Origin: Chitinivibrionales bacterium
GTDB taxonomy: Bacteria; Fibrobacterota; Chitinivibrionia; Chitinivibrionales; WJKA01
Direction: 5' to 3'
Assembly (NCBI GenBank): GCA_038247415.1
Contig: JBBRUX010000032.1
Span: 1 to 45,613 of the forward strand
DNA: 45,613 nt
In this document: piece after piece, positions 27,643 to 37,117 of the stretch
How the letters are laid out: every line of letters begins with the position of its first letter
How positions within the stretch are numbered: position 1 is the first letter of the stretch
The notes under the pieces: generated by a model
Seen by the model: the letters and a program-made list of their open reading frames with translations, nothing else
The model's database searches: none
Told to the model about the DNA's origin: nothing
Made by a program: the position numbers and the translations under genes

Positions 27643-29021
27643 TTAAGCCGCATCATGGAGCACGGATAGTTCATTTTATCGGCATTGGTGGCGTTGGCAT
27701 GAGCGCTATCGCCGAGATGCTCCATATTAAGGGGTTTGTGGTATCGGGAAGCGATAAGGCTATTTCTCCCATAACCAAACACCTCGAAAAGATAGGCGTT
27801 GCTATTCAATATAGTCACGCTATCGTGCATGTTGCACAGGCAGATATTGTAGTGTATTCGAGTGCAATTCGTAAAGATAATCCCGAATGGGCTTTTGCGC
27901 ATCAAGCAGGCAAAACGCTTGTTCGCAGGGCAGAAATGCTTGGAGATCTTATGCGCGCATATCAAACAGTTTGCATAAGCGGAACCCATGGAAAAACAAC
28001 AACCACATCGCTTGTTGGAAAAATGTTTGCCGATTGCGGATACGATCCAACCATTTTGGTTGGGGGAATTCCGCGCGATGGGGGATCAAATGCACGGGTT
28101 GGTGAATCTGATATTCTTGTTGCAGAAGCAGACGAATACGATCGTTCGTTTTTGGCTATGGTTCCAACCACTGCGGTGGTGACTAATATAGAAGAAGAGC
28201 ATCTCGATTGCTATGCTAATCTGGCCCAGATCGAAGATGCATTTGTGCAGTTTTTAAATACGGTTCCTTTTTATGGAGCAATTATTGCATGTATCGATAA
28301 TCCAACGGTTGTACGGGTATTGGCTCGCGTCAATAAGCGAACCATTACCTACGGCATTTCCCAAGAAGCAATGATTTGTGCAAAAAATATTGTCGCACAT
28401 CAGGGTGGTTCGCGCTTTGTCGTATCAATCAAAGGCGAAAATGACTTTGATGCCACAATCACAATACCCGGAGTACATAATGTCCAAAACAGCCTTGCGG
28501 CAATTGGCGTGGCGCACAGCGCCGATATTCCGTATTCGCTCGCATTGTCAAGCATTGGAACATTTAGTGGCGTTAAGCGACGCTTCGAGAAGTTAACCGA
28601 ACATAACGGAATTCAAGTTTTCGATGATTATGCGCATCATCCTACGGAAATCCGGGCAACACTTGATGCTGCTCGGTGTATGTCGTTTACAAGAGTTGTG
28701 GTAGCATTTCAGCCGCATCTTTATACGCGTACCCGTGATTTTATGCAAGATTTTATTACCGCTTTTGAAATTGCCGATAAAGTTTTTGTGTTGCCGATAT
28801 ATAAATCACGAGAAGAACCAATAGCTGGAATTTCTTCGGAAACTATTGTAGATGGCATTAATGCAACTACACCGGGCAAAGCCCTCTCAATGGAGACGCC
28901 AACCGATCTGCTTGCACAAGTAAATAATTTTATTCGTACCGGAGATTGCGTCTTGTTTCTTGGGGCAGGGGACATAACCGAAATGGCCCATCGGTTCTCA
29001 GAGGAGTTGGCTCATGTTTAA
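27639..29021 (+). CDS. murC: UDP-MurNAc:L-Ala ligase
   Basis: GIGGVGMS, GTHGKTTT, EADEYD, DDYAHHPTE and FQPH motifs. Confidence 0.96.
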   Translation: MIKPHHGARIVHFIGIGGVGMSAIAEMLHIKGFVVSGSDKAISPITKHLEKIGVAIQYSHAIVHVAQADIVVYSSAIRKDNPEWAFAHQAGKTLVRRAEMLGDLMRAYQTVCISGTHGKTTTTSLVGKMFADCGYDPTILVGGIPRDGGSNARVGESDILVAEADEYDRSFLAMVPTTAVVTNIEEEHLDCYANLAQIEDAFVQFLNTVPFYGAIIACIDNPTVVRVLARVNKRTITYGISQEAMICAKNIVAHQGGSRFVVSIKGENDFDATITIPGVHNVQNSLAAIGVAHSADIPYSLALSSIGTFSGVKRRFEKLTEHNGIQVFDDYAHHPTEIRATLDAARCMSFTRVVVAFQPHLYTRTRDFMQDFITAFEIADKVFVLPIYKSREEPIAGISSETIVDGINATTPGKALSMETPTDLLAQVNNFIRTGDCVLFLGAGDITEMAHRFSEELAHV

Positions 29022-29817
29022 TGTCGACAAAAAGAAATCTGTGAATACCATAAGCTCGCATTCTGGGAAGCGAAAAACAGGTAAAACACATCCTGGGATT
29101 CTACCCGTGGTGCTGGTTGCTTTTGCAGTGGGTATTATATGCGCACTTATCGTGGTCGTTGTGCAGGTTGTACGCACCTCGCCTGCATTTGCACTTAAGT
29201 CGATTAACGTACAGGGGCCTGCTTCCATTGATCGCCAATTGATTATTGATAAAAGCGGATTAGTAGTAGGAATGCGTATGACAGCAATTAATACCGATTC
29301 AATTGCAAAAAAGCTTTCGGCAATTAATCGCATCAAAAACATTACCGTAAACATGCGTATTCCAGATGCTGTTCAGATTCGATATGCAGAACGTATTGCC
29401 CTTGCAAGCATTATGCATAAGGGTGTTGTGGGCATAGATGCTGATGGTGTACTTATTCCACTATCTCAACAAGCATTCGCACGGGTCCCTCTGGTATCTG
29501 GATACACCGTATACGTTGATTCTATGGGAATTGCAAGAATCGATTCTGTAACCAATGGGCGACTGGCATCATTTTTGCGTGATATAGTAGTTAATGACAA
29601 AAGTATGTTGCAACGAATTGCACAAATCAATTTTGCAAAAGCAGGAGCAGTAACGTGCGTTTTTGCAGATTCGCGACGTTGCGTTACGTTTCAGGAACAG
29701 TCAATTGTACCGGCGCTAAAACATTTGCGCAGGTTGGAAATAATTCTGGCAGAGGCATCGGATACGCTTTTGCAACGCATTAACTTGTACAATGCCAATA
29801 TGGCATATGTTAATTAG
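29014..29817 (+). CDS. ftsQ: Cell division protein FtsQ/DivIB
   Basis: Basic cytoplasmic tail, TM helix and POTRA-like region (PDAVQIRYAER); sits directly before ftsA. Confidence 0.82.
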   Translation: MFNVDKKKSVNTISSHSGKRKTGKTHPGILPVVLVAFAVGIICALIVVVVQVVRTSPAFALKSINVQGPASIDRQLIIDKSGLVVGMRMTAINTDSIAKKLSAINRIKNITVNMRIPDAVQIRYAERIALASIMHKGVVGIDADGVLIPLSQQAFARVPLVSGYTVYVDSMGIARIDSVTNGRLASFLRDIVVNDKSMLQRIAQINFAKAGAVTCVFADSRRCVTFQEQSIVPALKHLRRLEIILAEASDTLLQRINLYNANMAYVN

Positions 29818-29883
29818 TGCGAAACCTGTTGTGTGTGCATAATACAGCCCCCGTTTAAGGGTTGTATGAGCAGGGAGGATTCT

Positions 29884-31134
29884 ATGGACGATAATGTGTA
29901 CGTTGGGCTAGATATCGGGACAACAAAAATTGCCTGTATCATTTCAGAGCTCGATGAGAACGACCAACTCAAAATTGTTGGAGTTGGCGTAAGTGCTTCC
30001 GATGGTTTGCGCAAAGGTGTTGTAGTCAATATCGAAAAAACCGTGCGCTCTATCCAGAAGGCTGTTGAGGAAGCAGAGCTCATGGCAGGCGTGGAAGTTA
30101 ATTCTGTTTTTGTTGGTATTGCCGGGGATCATATCCGCTCTATCAATAGCAAAGGTGTTGTGGCAATCTCTCGGGAAGATCATGAGATTACCGACCTTGA
30201 CGTAATTCGTGCTATTGAGGCAGCGCAGGCTGTGTCAATCCCCATGGATCGGGAAATTCTTCATGTCATCCCACAGGAATTTATAGTTGATGATCAAAAG
30301 GGGATTAAAGAACCAATCGGCATGAGTGGGGTACGGCTAGAAACACAAGTTCATATTTGCACTGGTGCTGTAACAAGCGCTCAGAACATTCTTAAAAGTG
30401 TCAATAAAGCTGGGTTGACCGTTGAAAAAGTAGTGCTTGAGCCTCTCGCATCGAGCTATGCGGTCCTGGAGAAGGACGAAAAGGAATTAGGGGTGGCATT
30501 AATCGATATGGGCGGTGGTACGACCGATATTGCAATCTATTTCGACGAAGCCATCCGGCATACCGCCGTGGTTGGTTTGGGGGGAAAAAACGTTACATCA
30601 GATATTGCCATTGGAATTAGAACTCCTGTTGAAAAGGCCGAGGAGATCAAAAAGAAACATGGATGTTCGTATGCTTCCCTTGTCAAATCAGATGAATTTG
30701 TTACGGTTCCCGGGGTAGGCGGAAGAGAACAGCGTGAGGTATCGCGTGGCATATTAACATCAATTATCGAGCCACGACTCGAGGAAATCCTGTCCCTTGC
30801 GCTACGCGAAATCAAACGCACCGAATTTGCCGATGTACTTGGTGCTGGTATTGTGCTAACGGGGGGAGGCGCTCAAATGGAAGGTATTCAGGAGCTTGCC
30901 GAAAAGGTATTCGAAATGCCGGTTAAAATTGGTTACCCATCGGGGTTTGGCGGGCTTACCGAAGCAGCAACTTCACCCATACATGCAACAGGTGTTGGCT
31001 TATGTTTGTATGGTGTAGAACATCGGAAAAAGAATCCCAAAACTAAAAAGGGACGCGCTCGTAGCAGCGGTGGTGATGATTCTTTCAAGAAAATATTCGA
31101 TACCATGAAGTCATGGGTGACCGACTTTTTTTAA
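29884..31134 (+). CDS. ftsA: Cell division protein FtsA
   Basis: VGLDIGTTK, IDMGGGTT, LTGGG and the C-terminal amphipathic helix FKKIFDTMKSWVTDFF. Start after GGAGG. Confidence 0.97.
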   Translation: MDDNVYVGLDIGTTKIACIISELDENDQLKIVGVGVSASDGLRKGVVVNIEKTVRSIQKAVEEAELMAGVEVNSVFVGIAGDHIRSINSKGVVAISREDHEITDLDVIRAIEAAQAVSIPMDREILHVIPQEFIVDDQKGIKEPIGMSGVRLETQVHICTGAVTSAQNILKSVNKAGLTVEKVVLEPLASSYAVLEKDEKELGVALIDMGGGTTDIAIYFDEAIRHTAVVGLGGKNVTSDIAIGIRTPVEKAEEIKKKHGCSYASLVKSDEFVTVPGVGGREQREVSRGILTSIIEPRLEEILSLALREIKRTEFADVLGAGIVLTGGGAQMEGIQELAEKVFEMPVKIGYPSGFGGLTEAATSPIHATGVGLCLYGVEHRKKNPKTKKGRARSSGGDDSFKKIFDTMKSWVTDFF

Positions 31135-31223
31135 GCGCCTCAGGAATTTACTTGAGGTGTGCAATGCCAGTGAAATAGTCAATTAAATATATAGTTGTTT
31201 CTTCTTTTACAAGGAGGCGGTTT

Positions 31224-32552
31224 ATGGAGTTCATGCTTGGCGAAACGTTTAGTGCAAAGGCTCGGATGAAGGTTGTTGGTGTGGGTGGTGCAGGCGGCAA
31301 TGCTGTTAATCGCATGGTTACAGCAGGGTTGTCGGGTGTAGAATTCATTTCGGTTAATACCGATGCAATGGCACTTGACAATAATCATGCCACCCAGCGT
31401 TTGCAAATTGGGGAGAAAATTACAAAAGGCCTTGGCGCTGGTGCAAATCCGGATATTGGTCGGATTGCCATGGAAGAAGACCGAGACAAGATTGCTGCCT
31501 TCCTTGAAGGCGCAGATATGGTATTTATCACAGCAGGTATGGGCGGTGGAACGGGAACGGGTGGAGCCCCTGTTGTTGCAGAAATTGCTCAGGAAATGGA
31601 TATCTTGACGGTTGCAATTGTAACTCGTCCATTTTTATTCGAAGGCAAAATTCGTGATCGCAATGCGAAATTGGGAATCGACAACCTTCGCAAGCATGTC
31701 GATACTATTATTGTTATTCCTAATCAGAAGCTACTTACTATTGTCGATCGGTCTACATCGCTTATTGATGCATTTAAAACTGCCGATGATGTATTGTATC
31801 AGTCAACGAAAGGTATTTCCGATCTTATTTCTGTTCATGGTCTTGTAAATCTCGATTTCGCCGATGTTAAAACAATCATGCGCGGTATGGGTGACGCTCT
31901 CATGGGCACAGGATATGCAGAATCTGGTGAAAATCGTGCTGTGATGGCTGCCGATGCTGCAATTCATAGTCCATTGCTTGACGATGTGACGATTCGTAAC
32001 GCCAAGGGTATTCTTATTAATATCACTGGTGGCGAGGATATGACATTGTATGATGTAAGCGATGCAACACAAACAATTCACGATGCTGTGGGCGAAGAAT
32101 CCGAAACCAATATTATTTTTGGTGCGGTTATCGATCCAGAAATGAATGGGAAAATACGCGTAACTGTTATTGCAACTGGCTTTACAGAGTACGAAGAAAT
32201 TAAAAAGCCAGCAATAAGCGCACCTCCTCGCTATTCATCTTTGACAAATATTATAAAGCCTGTTGAAACGCGAGCCGAACAAATGGCATTTGCGCTGGCG
32301 CCATCAAATTCTTCGCCACAAGCGGCAGCAGAAAAACATGCTCCTGTTACCCGAATTGAGCATGAGGAAGTCTTTGAGGTGAGAACTCCTGAGCATGTCG
32401 CGGCTCCATCGCATGTCGATTTCCCAGCTCCGCTTATCAAAAAAGACCAGATCAAAAAAGAATCTGCAATTTTTGTGCATCGGGGAGAAGTGATTACTCA
32501 TTTACAAGATGATATCGAAGTGCCAACGTTCTTGCGTAAGCAGATGCAGTAA
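31224..32552 (+). CDS. ftsZ: Cell division protein FtsZ
   Basis: GVGGAGGN, tubulin motif [16 protein letters not shown] and C-terminal peptide [11 protein letters not shown]. Confidence 0.98.
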   Translation: MEFMLGETFSAKARMKVVGVGGAGGNAVNRMVTAGLSGVEFISVNTDAMALDNNHATQRLQIGEKITKGLGAGANPDIGRIAMEEDRDKIAAFLEGADMVFITAGMGGGTGTGGAPVVAEIAQEMDILTVAIVTRPFLFEGKIRDRNAKLGIDNLRKHVDTIIVIPNQKLLTIVDRSTSLIDAFKTADDVLYQSTKGISDLISVHGLVNLDFADVKTIMRGMGDALMGTGYAESGENRAVMAADAAIHSPLLDDVTIRNAKGILINITGGEDMTLYDVSDATQTIHDAVGEESETNIIFGAVIDPEMNGKIRVTVIATGFTEYEEIKKPAISAPPRYSSLTNIIKPVETRAEQMAFALAPSNSSPQAAAEKHAPVTRIEHEEVFEVRTPEHVAAPSHVDFPAPLIKKDQIKKESAIFVHRGEVITHLQDDIEVPTFLRKQMQ

Positions 32553-32558
32553 TTTGTA

Positions 32559-32589
32559 TAATGCCTCACGGGATATCCGTGAGGCATTA
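32559..32589 (+). terminator. Hairpin after ftsZ (terminator or stabilising stem)
   Basis: 13-bp perfect stem TAATGCCTCACGG / CCGTGAGGCATTA with a 5-nt loop; weak U tail (GTTT). Confidence 0.7.
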
Positions 32590-32618
32590 GTTTCCTGATA
32601 ACGTTTTAGTAAGGAGGC

Positions 32619-32810
32619 TTGGTGAATACGCTTAAGCAGAAAATGATTCAGAGAGCTTTACGCAAGCATAAGAAAATTTTCCCCTGCTCCAATAAAGAAG
32701 AACTCTCGGATTGCTTTACAGAACATAAGGGTCAGATTTTGTTTTGGTATAACACAGAAGATCAGACAACGCATCTTATTACAAAAAAGGTCTCGGCAGA
32801 AATTGTTTGA
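32619..32810 (+). CDS. 63-aa hypothetical protein
   Basis: Strong RBS AAGGAGG; protein-like sequence IFPC...DCFT...LFWYNTEDQTTH. Start is TTG 32619 or GTG 32622. Confidence 0.7.
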   Translation: MVNTLKQKMIQRALRKHKKIFPCSNKEELSDCFTEHKGQILFWYNTEDQTTHLITKKVSAEIV

Positions 32811-32850
32811 AGCTGTGTATAACGAGCTTGTTGAGCGTACCGTTTCAACA

Positions 32851-33729
32851 TTACTCTGTGTCTGGTTCTTTTGATTCGAGGTCTTTGGCTGCTGTAATCC
32901 AATGGTGTATAAGATATGCCGGGTTTGCGCCCAGCGCACGCCCTAAATGCAGTGCAAGGCCCATCATTATTCCAGATGCACTTTGTATTGCATTAGTGGT
33001 ATCGAGCAAACCAAAAGATTCTTGGGCATGAGTTTGTAGAAACTCAAAATGCTTTTCGCAAAAAGATCGAGGATCTTCTCGGATAAACTTGATAGGCGGT
33101 AGCATGAGTCTATCGATCCATTCAATGCCAAGATACTTTGTCATCTCCTGTGGGGAATTATTTCCAAGGCGTAGCCAGAGAGTTAACGTTTGCATGTCTC
33201 CTGATGCAGCTAATCCACTCTCAAAAAGTAATGCAAATGCTCCATCAGCTAATCGTTGCATAATTTCTAAATAGGTATCCGAAACGGTTTCTCCGGCACT
33301 AACATCCTGGCCTCTGAGGTATTCTCCCACTGTCAATTTTGGCAAATTTAAAACGCTTGTGCAGCCATCAAGGCATGTAAAACTGTTTCCACGATGCAGG
33401 TATTGAATTTCACTGCCGTAACTTTGACGACCAAGCGGATAAAGCCTGCAAACAAGTGGTCTTCCGTTATATACACTGCATCCATTGCCGGGTATATACT
33501 GGCTACACGCAGCCAGATCTTTGTACCCTGGCGGATTATTAAAAAGTAAACGAATGCCGCCATAATCGCAATGCCGATCCCGAAATTCGCGCGGTGTTAT
33601 ACCTTTGGCATTTGCAAGTTGCGCGAGTTCCCACGGATTAATGCATACTGTTTTGCCATGACAGCATGTGCCTGTGCGCGTGCAGGTAAGGGGAAGAGAG
33701 TCTGATAGGGCAAGGATTGTATCTGACAT
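32851..33729 (-). CDS. YkgJ-family (CxxCxxCC-type) Fe-S/Zn cluster protein
   Basis: CTRTGTCC...CSQY...CSVYNGRPLVCRLYP. Likely start MSDTIL. Confidence 0.85.
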   Translation of the reverse strand: MSDTILALSDSLPLTCTRTGTCCHGKTVCINPWELAQLANAKGITPREFRDRHCDYGGIRLLFNNPPGYKDLAACSQYIPGNGCSVYNGRPLVCRLYPLGRQSYGSEIQYLHRGNSFTCLDGCTSVLNLPKLTVGEYLRGQDVSAGETVSDTYLEIMQRLADGAFALLFESGLAASGDMQTLTLWLRLGNNSPQEMTKYLGIEWIDRLMLPPIKFIREDPRSFCEKHFEFLQTHAQESFGLLDTTNAIQSASGIMMGLALHLGRALGANPAYLIHHWITAAKDLESKEPDTE

Positions 33730-33770
33730 TGTATTAGTTCTCTTGGTTATACTATACATTTGACATTTCG

Positions 33771-33826
33771 GCACTTCGACGAGCTCTGTGCCCTGGTTTG
33801 TCTACGGTCGTTGAGCTTGTCGAAAC
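33771..33826. repeat. REP-like inverted repeat
   Basis: TTCGACGAGCTC (33775-33786) pairs with GAGCTTGTCGAA (33813-33824) with one G-T pair; CTTCGAC-N3-CTC-type REP-like motif. Confidence 0.6.
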
Positions 33827-33857
33827 AACACCCACTTTGACTTGGAGACTATCGACA

Positions 33858-34490
33858 CGCCCCCTGTCAATAAAAATGAGACAATTTGTGTGATAGTTAG
33901 CTCACACCAGTTTCAACCATTTCTTGTTTAATCGGTTTATCGATCCAAACCTCTTTTGGTACCTGTTTGACTGTTGGCACTCCTTTTACAAACCGTTGCG
34001 GATGTTCAAGATATGCATTCATGAGAACGATCTCACGAGCATTTAAAATACCGGTGCCTTGATTATAATGGACGTTATCAGGCGTCAACAGTGCTATGCC
34101 GCTATGACGATGTTCGGTATTATACCACCTGAAAAAATCCTGGCAAAACAGTCATGCATCCTCTATTGACCCAAAATATTCTGGGAAGCCAGGACGATAG
34201 TTAAGCGTCTTAAAACCAGATTCTGAATATGGATTATCATTTGATACATGCGGCGCTCCTCTCTACTCCGCTCTGGAAATCCATCTCCATGAACGCCGAG
34301 AGTTTTATTTGGAGCTCAACTAAAAGTTCGGTTTTTTGAAGTCGCTTCTCGGTTTGGTCAAGCTTCCTCCGTAGCTGCTTGTTTTCCGCCATAATCACAT
34401 CCCGGCTTATTTCACTCGTGGTGGTTTTGGTGTCGTCAAGGAGAAGCCCCTGATCTCGCTGCTTCGACCAGTTGTCAACCATAGTGTGCG
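33858..34490 (-). mobile_element. Degenerate IS3-family element (OrfA tail joined to OrfB C-terminus, plus right end)
   Basis: OrfA-like WSKQRDQG...ENKQLRRKL...LQIKLS; OrfB-like PHVSNDNPYSES-FKTL-YRP...(stop)...WYNTEHRHSGIALLTPDNVHY...HPQRF...VWID; terminal TGTCTCA...TTGACA sequence near 33865-33883. Confidence 0.8.
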
Positions 34491-34620
34491 AGCCTACTTC
34501 AAGATCGGTGAATGGAACATCTGCAATTTGCCCAGTTGCTAAAATGCGCACTTCGGCTACGGTTTTGCCGAAGATAGTGCGTTTGGATAGGATCTCTACC
34601 TCCTGGCTTTGGTATTTCAT
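34237..34620 (-). pseudogene. Chimeric ORF: ~42-aa start of a lost island gene fused to the IS3 OrfA tail
   Basis: The ATG overlaps the stop of the upstream gene (ATGA). The N-terminal part is not IS-like; the C-terminal part is OrfA-like. Confidence 0.6.
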
Positions 34621-36071
34621 GTGATATTGACACTCTGCAATGAATTCAAATGCTTTATGCCTTTGGTGGTTAGACTATACTTTTGAAGTCTGCTGCCGGG
34701 TTTCTCGGGAATTGTATAATCAATCTGCTTTTGGTGTAATAGCTCTTTAATGGAACGTTTAAAAGAACCAGATTTTGAGTCAAGATTGAGTACAGCAGAA
34801 ACTTCTGATGATGACAACGGTTTACTTTTAAGGGCACCAAGAATGGATTCCGACTGGGCCCCCGACTGGGCCCTCTTTTCGACTAAGCCTTTTTTTTCTT
34901 TTGTGTCTGTTTTCGATGGAATTGACGATTTTAAAGGTACTTTAAAACGGACTCTCATACCAGCTTCACTAATGATTAATGGCTTAAGTCCAAGCTCTTT
35001 AGCCTCGTTAAATACCCTCTTTACACCGCTGCCCCATTGTTCAATGAGGCCAAGCTCCCTGAATGCCCGTGCTATAACGGGATTACGGATTTTTGATACG
35101 CCATCCATAATATCCTCGATGGTCATTCCCGGAAGTAAAATTCCCGGATTTTCAACTTCTATCCTGTCATCAAAAAAAGATACCCCGATCGGTGCTCCAC
35201 GTTGTGAATAATCACAGTGTACAACGGCGTTTATTATTACTTCTCGTAATATGCTTTCAGGAATATTCCAGACATCTTTACGGCGTAAACCCTTTGATAA
35301 ATCCGCCGAACGGAAGGCATGCTTTTTAAGAAACTCCATAATTGATTCTACTGCCAGCGGAAGGTGCTCATTAATTTCGATGTGATCGTAAATGGTTGTT
35401 TTGTCAATTCCATCGAATCGTCCGCATTGTATCCAGGCATCGGGGAAATGAGCAAGCCGATCTTTACCAAATAGAAGAACCGCACCGTTTGTCGGAACCA
35501 GCCGGTTTTGATGTTTTGTGAGAAGTTTCATGGTTAATAAGGTTTTATCATTGAATTGCCTTTTGTCGTCAAAACTTTTTTCAATCTCACCAATATCAAG
35601 ATCGGCTTTAGATAGTCCCGTCTGGGGAAGTTCATCAAACAGTACTCCTTCTAAAGAACGGCGAAGCTCAGCGATTAGTTGTGTATCTGCCTGGCGGTTT
35701 GTTGACCCGAGCCTGACATACACACCCTGCTCAGGGCCTTCACTTGTAACCCAGTGTGGCCGGCCACTGCTGAGAAAGACCTCGACAATCATAACCGTCT
35801 TGTTCTCTATCGTTACCAGTTCGATGTTTGGAATAAGCCGGGGAGCGATAGAGTCGGCAATAATGCTGCACAACCGATCTTTTTCGTCAAGTGGCTTTTC
35901 CACCCCGATAATCTCTTTTTTATCGGTTACCCCGATTATCAGCTTTCCGCCGGCGGTGTTTGAAAACGCAACCAGTGTTTTTAATAATGGCATTGGTGAA
36001 GAAAAGTCTCTTTTAAATTCGAGTGTTTTACTTTCAGTGTTTTCAAGGATTTGACGGATAATGTTACTCAC
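34617..36071 (-). CDS. AlbA_2 (Schlafen-like) + HATPase_c_4 + wHTH protein
   Basis: ESKTLEFK, AFSNTAGG, YVRLGST, REVIINAVVHCDY, EVENPG, RNPVIA, EQWGSG and C-terminal IPEKPGSRLQKY. Confidence 0.9.
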   Translation of the reverse strand: MSNIIRQILENTESKTLEFKRDFSSPMPLLKTLVAFSNTAGGKLIIGVTDKKEIIGVEKPLDEKDRLCSIIADSIAPRLIPNIELVTIENKTVMIVEVFLSSGRPHWVTSEGPEQGVYVRLGSTNRQADTQLIAELRRSLEGVLFDELPQTGLSKADLDIGEIEKSFDDKRQFNDKTLLTMKLLTKHQNRLVPTNGAVLLFGKDRLAHFPDAWIQCGRFDGIDKTTIYDHIEINEHLPLAVESIMEFLKKHAFRSADLSKGLRRKDVWNIPESILREVIINAVVHCDYSQRGAPIGVSFFDDRIEVENPGILLPGMTIEDIMDGVSKIRNPVIARAFRELGLIEQWGSGVKRVFNEAKELGLKPLIISEAGMRVRFKVPLKSSIPSKTDTKEKKGLVEKRAQSGAQSESILGALKSKPLSSSEVSAVLNLDSKSGSFKRSIKELLHQKQIDYTIPEKPGSRLQKYSLTTKGIKHLNSLQSVNIT

Positions 36072-36790
36072 GCTACCTTCTCCTTAAATCCGATTGTGCA
36101 GAACTTTGCCGTTTGATCTTCACCGGCAATGGCAATACCCATACCATTACCAAAGTGTTCCAAGAGGGTTTCGGCCTTTATCGTTTTCTCATAATCCCTC
36201 ATCTCATCGTATTTGGCAAGTTCAGGATATGTGAAGATGTCATCAACCAGTATGGTATTTTTCTGTGAATATGCCTTTGACAACATTTCCGCATCTTGAA
36301 GAAACTTAAGAAAATCTGTGTGAATACTAAGTTGATTAATGTAAGTCAACTCTTCCAAGGACGCTTTCAAACCGTTGTATACGTTGTGCCAGCCACTATC
36401 CTTGGACGTAAAATCCGCTATAGGTTTGCCATCCGTAGGTAGTGCCAGTGGCCTGGATAGCTGAGCATCATCTAACCACCCGCAAGGGGATAAAATGATA
36501 GGGATAACAGTGGTTCCTCGGGTCGTACTCAGGCTGAAAGCGTCATTTTTCTCTTTCATGCAAGCTGGCGATGCAAGAAAGCTTGCGGAAATTGCAAGGC
36601 AAATCACATCCGCATCAGCAAGATTGCTATCTATGTTAGCCAAGAAATCCTTACCCGCGCCTATCTTCCTGTCATACCACGCTTCAATAATACCATTAGT
36701 CTTAAGCGGCGCAATATGCTGGACGAAGTCGTTGATTAGAGCTTCGTCGATGTGTGAATAGCTTATAAAGAGCTTGTTTAGTTTGGGCAT
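36068..36790 (-). CDS. TIR-domain protein, apparently a truncated TIR-STAND NTPase
   Basis: LFISYSH, WYDRKI and FLASPACMKE (putative catalytic Glu), then DIFTYPEL...IAIAGEDQTAK, which ends at a degenerate P-loop. Confidence 0.85.
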   Translation of the reverse strand: MPKLNKLFISYSHIDEALINDFVQHIAPLKTNGIIEAWYDRKIGAGKDFLANIDSNLADADVICLAISASFLASPACMKEKNDAFSLSTTRGTTVIPIILSPCGWLDDAQLSRPLALPTDGKPIADFTSKDSGWHNVYNGLKASLEELTYINQLSIHTDFLKFLQDAEMLSKAYSQKNTILVDDIFTYPELAKYDEMRDYEKTIKAETLLEHFGNGMGIAIAGEDQTAKFCTIGFKEKVA

Positions 36791-36946
36791 ACTGCGACTC
36801 CAGCAATGTTAAGGTTAGTATTCATGATTCTTCTTTTGCCGTCCGCCTTGCTGTCACGATGGCTGCAAATTTCCAAATGTACCATGCGCTGTTTCTCTAT
36901 TAATTCCTAGCGGCTACTATTGCTTCTATTCGTTTAAATTTATTGA

Positions 36947-37117
36947 CACCAACGTTTGCGCATGGCGAAGTGCCCGCCTATTAAAATGCCGACTTGCTGT
37001 TCTGTCAAGCGCTACTTTGGGAACTTAATGCAACGGTAATTCGGCCTACGCCTAGCCCAAGCGGGCATTTGGGTGAAGGGCTGCTTTGAGCCCGGAACCG
37101 CCATGCGTTTGTTGTTT
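36947..37117 (-). repeat. attC-like imperfect palindrome between island genes
   Basis: Minus strand reads AAACAAC-AAACGCATGGCG...AATGCCCGC...GCGGGCACTT-CGCCATGCG-CAAAC-GTTGGTG: AAC/GTT outer boxes, nested complementary arms and unpaired bases. Confidence 0.6.

Noticed and set aside
36068..36790. Complete Thoeris, CBASS or Pycsar system around the TIR gene
   Set aside because: No ThsA, cyclase or other cognate partner nearby; the sequence after the TIR points to a truncated NTPase fusion.
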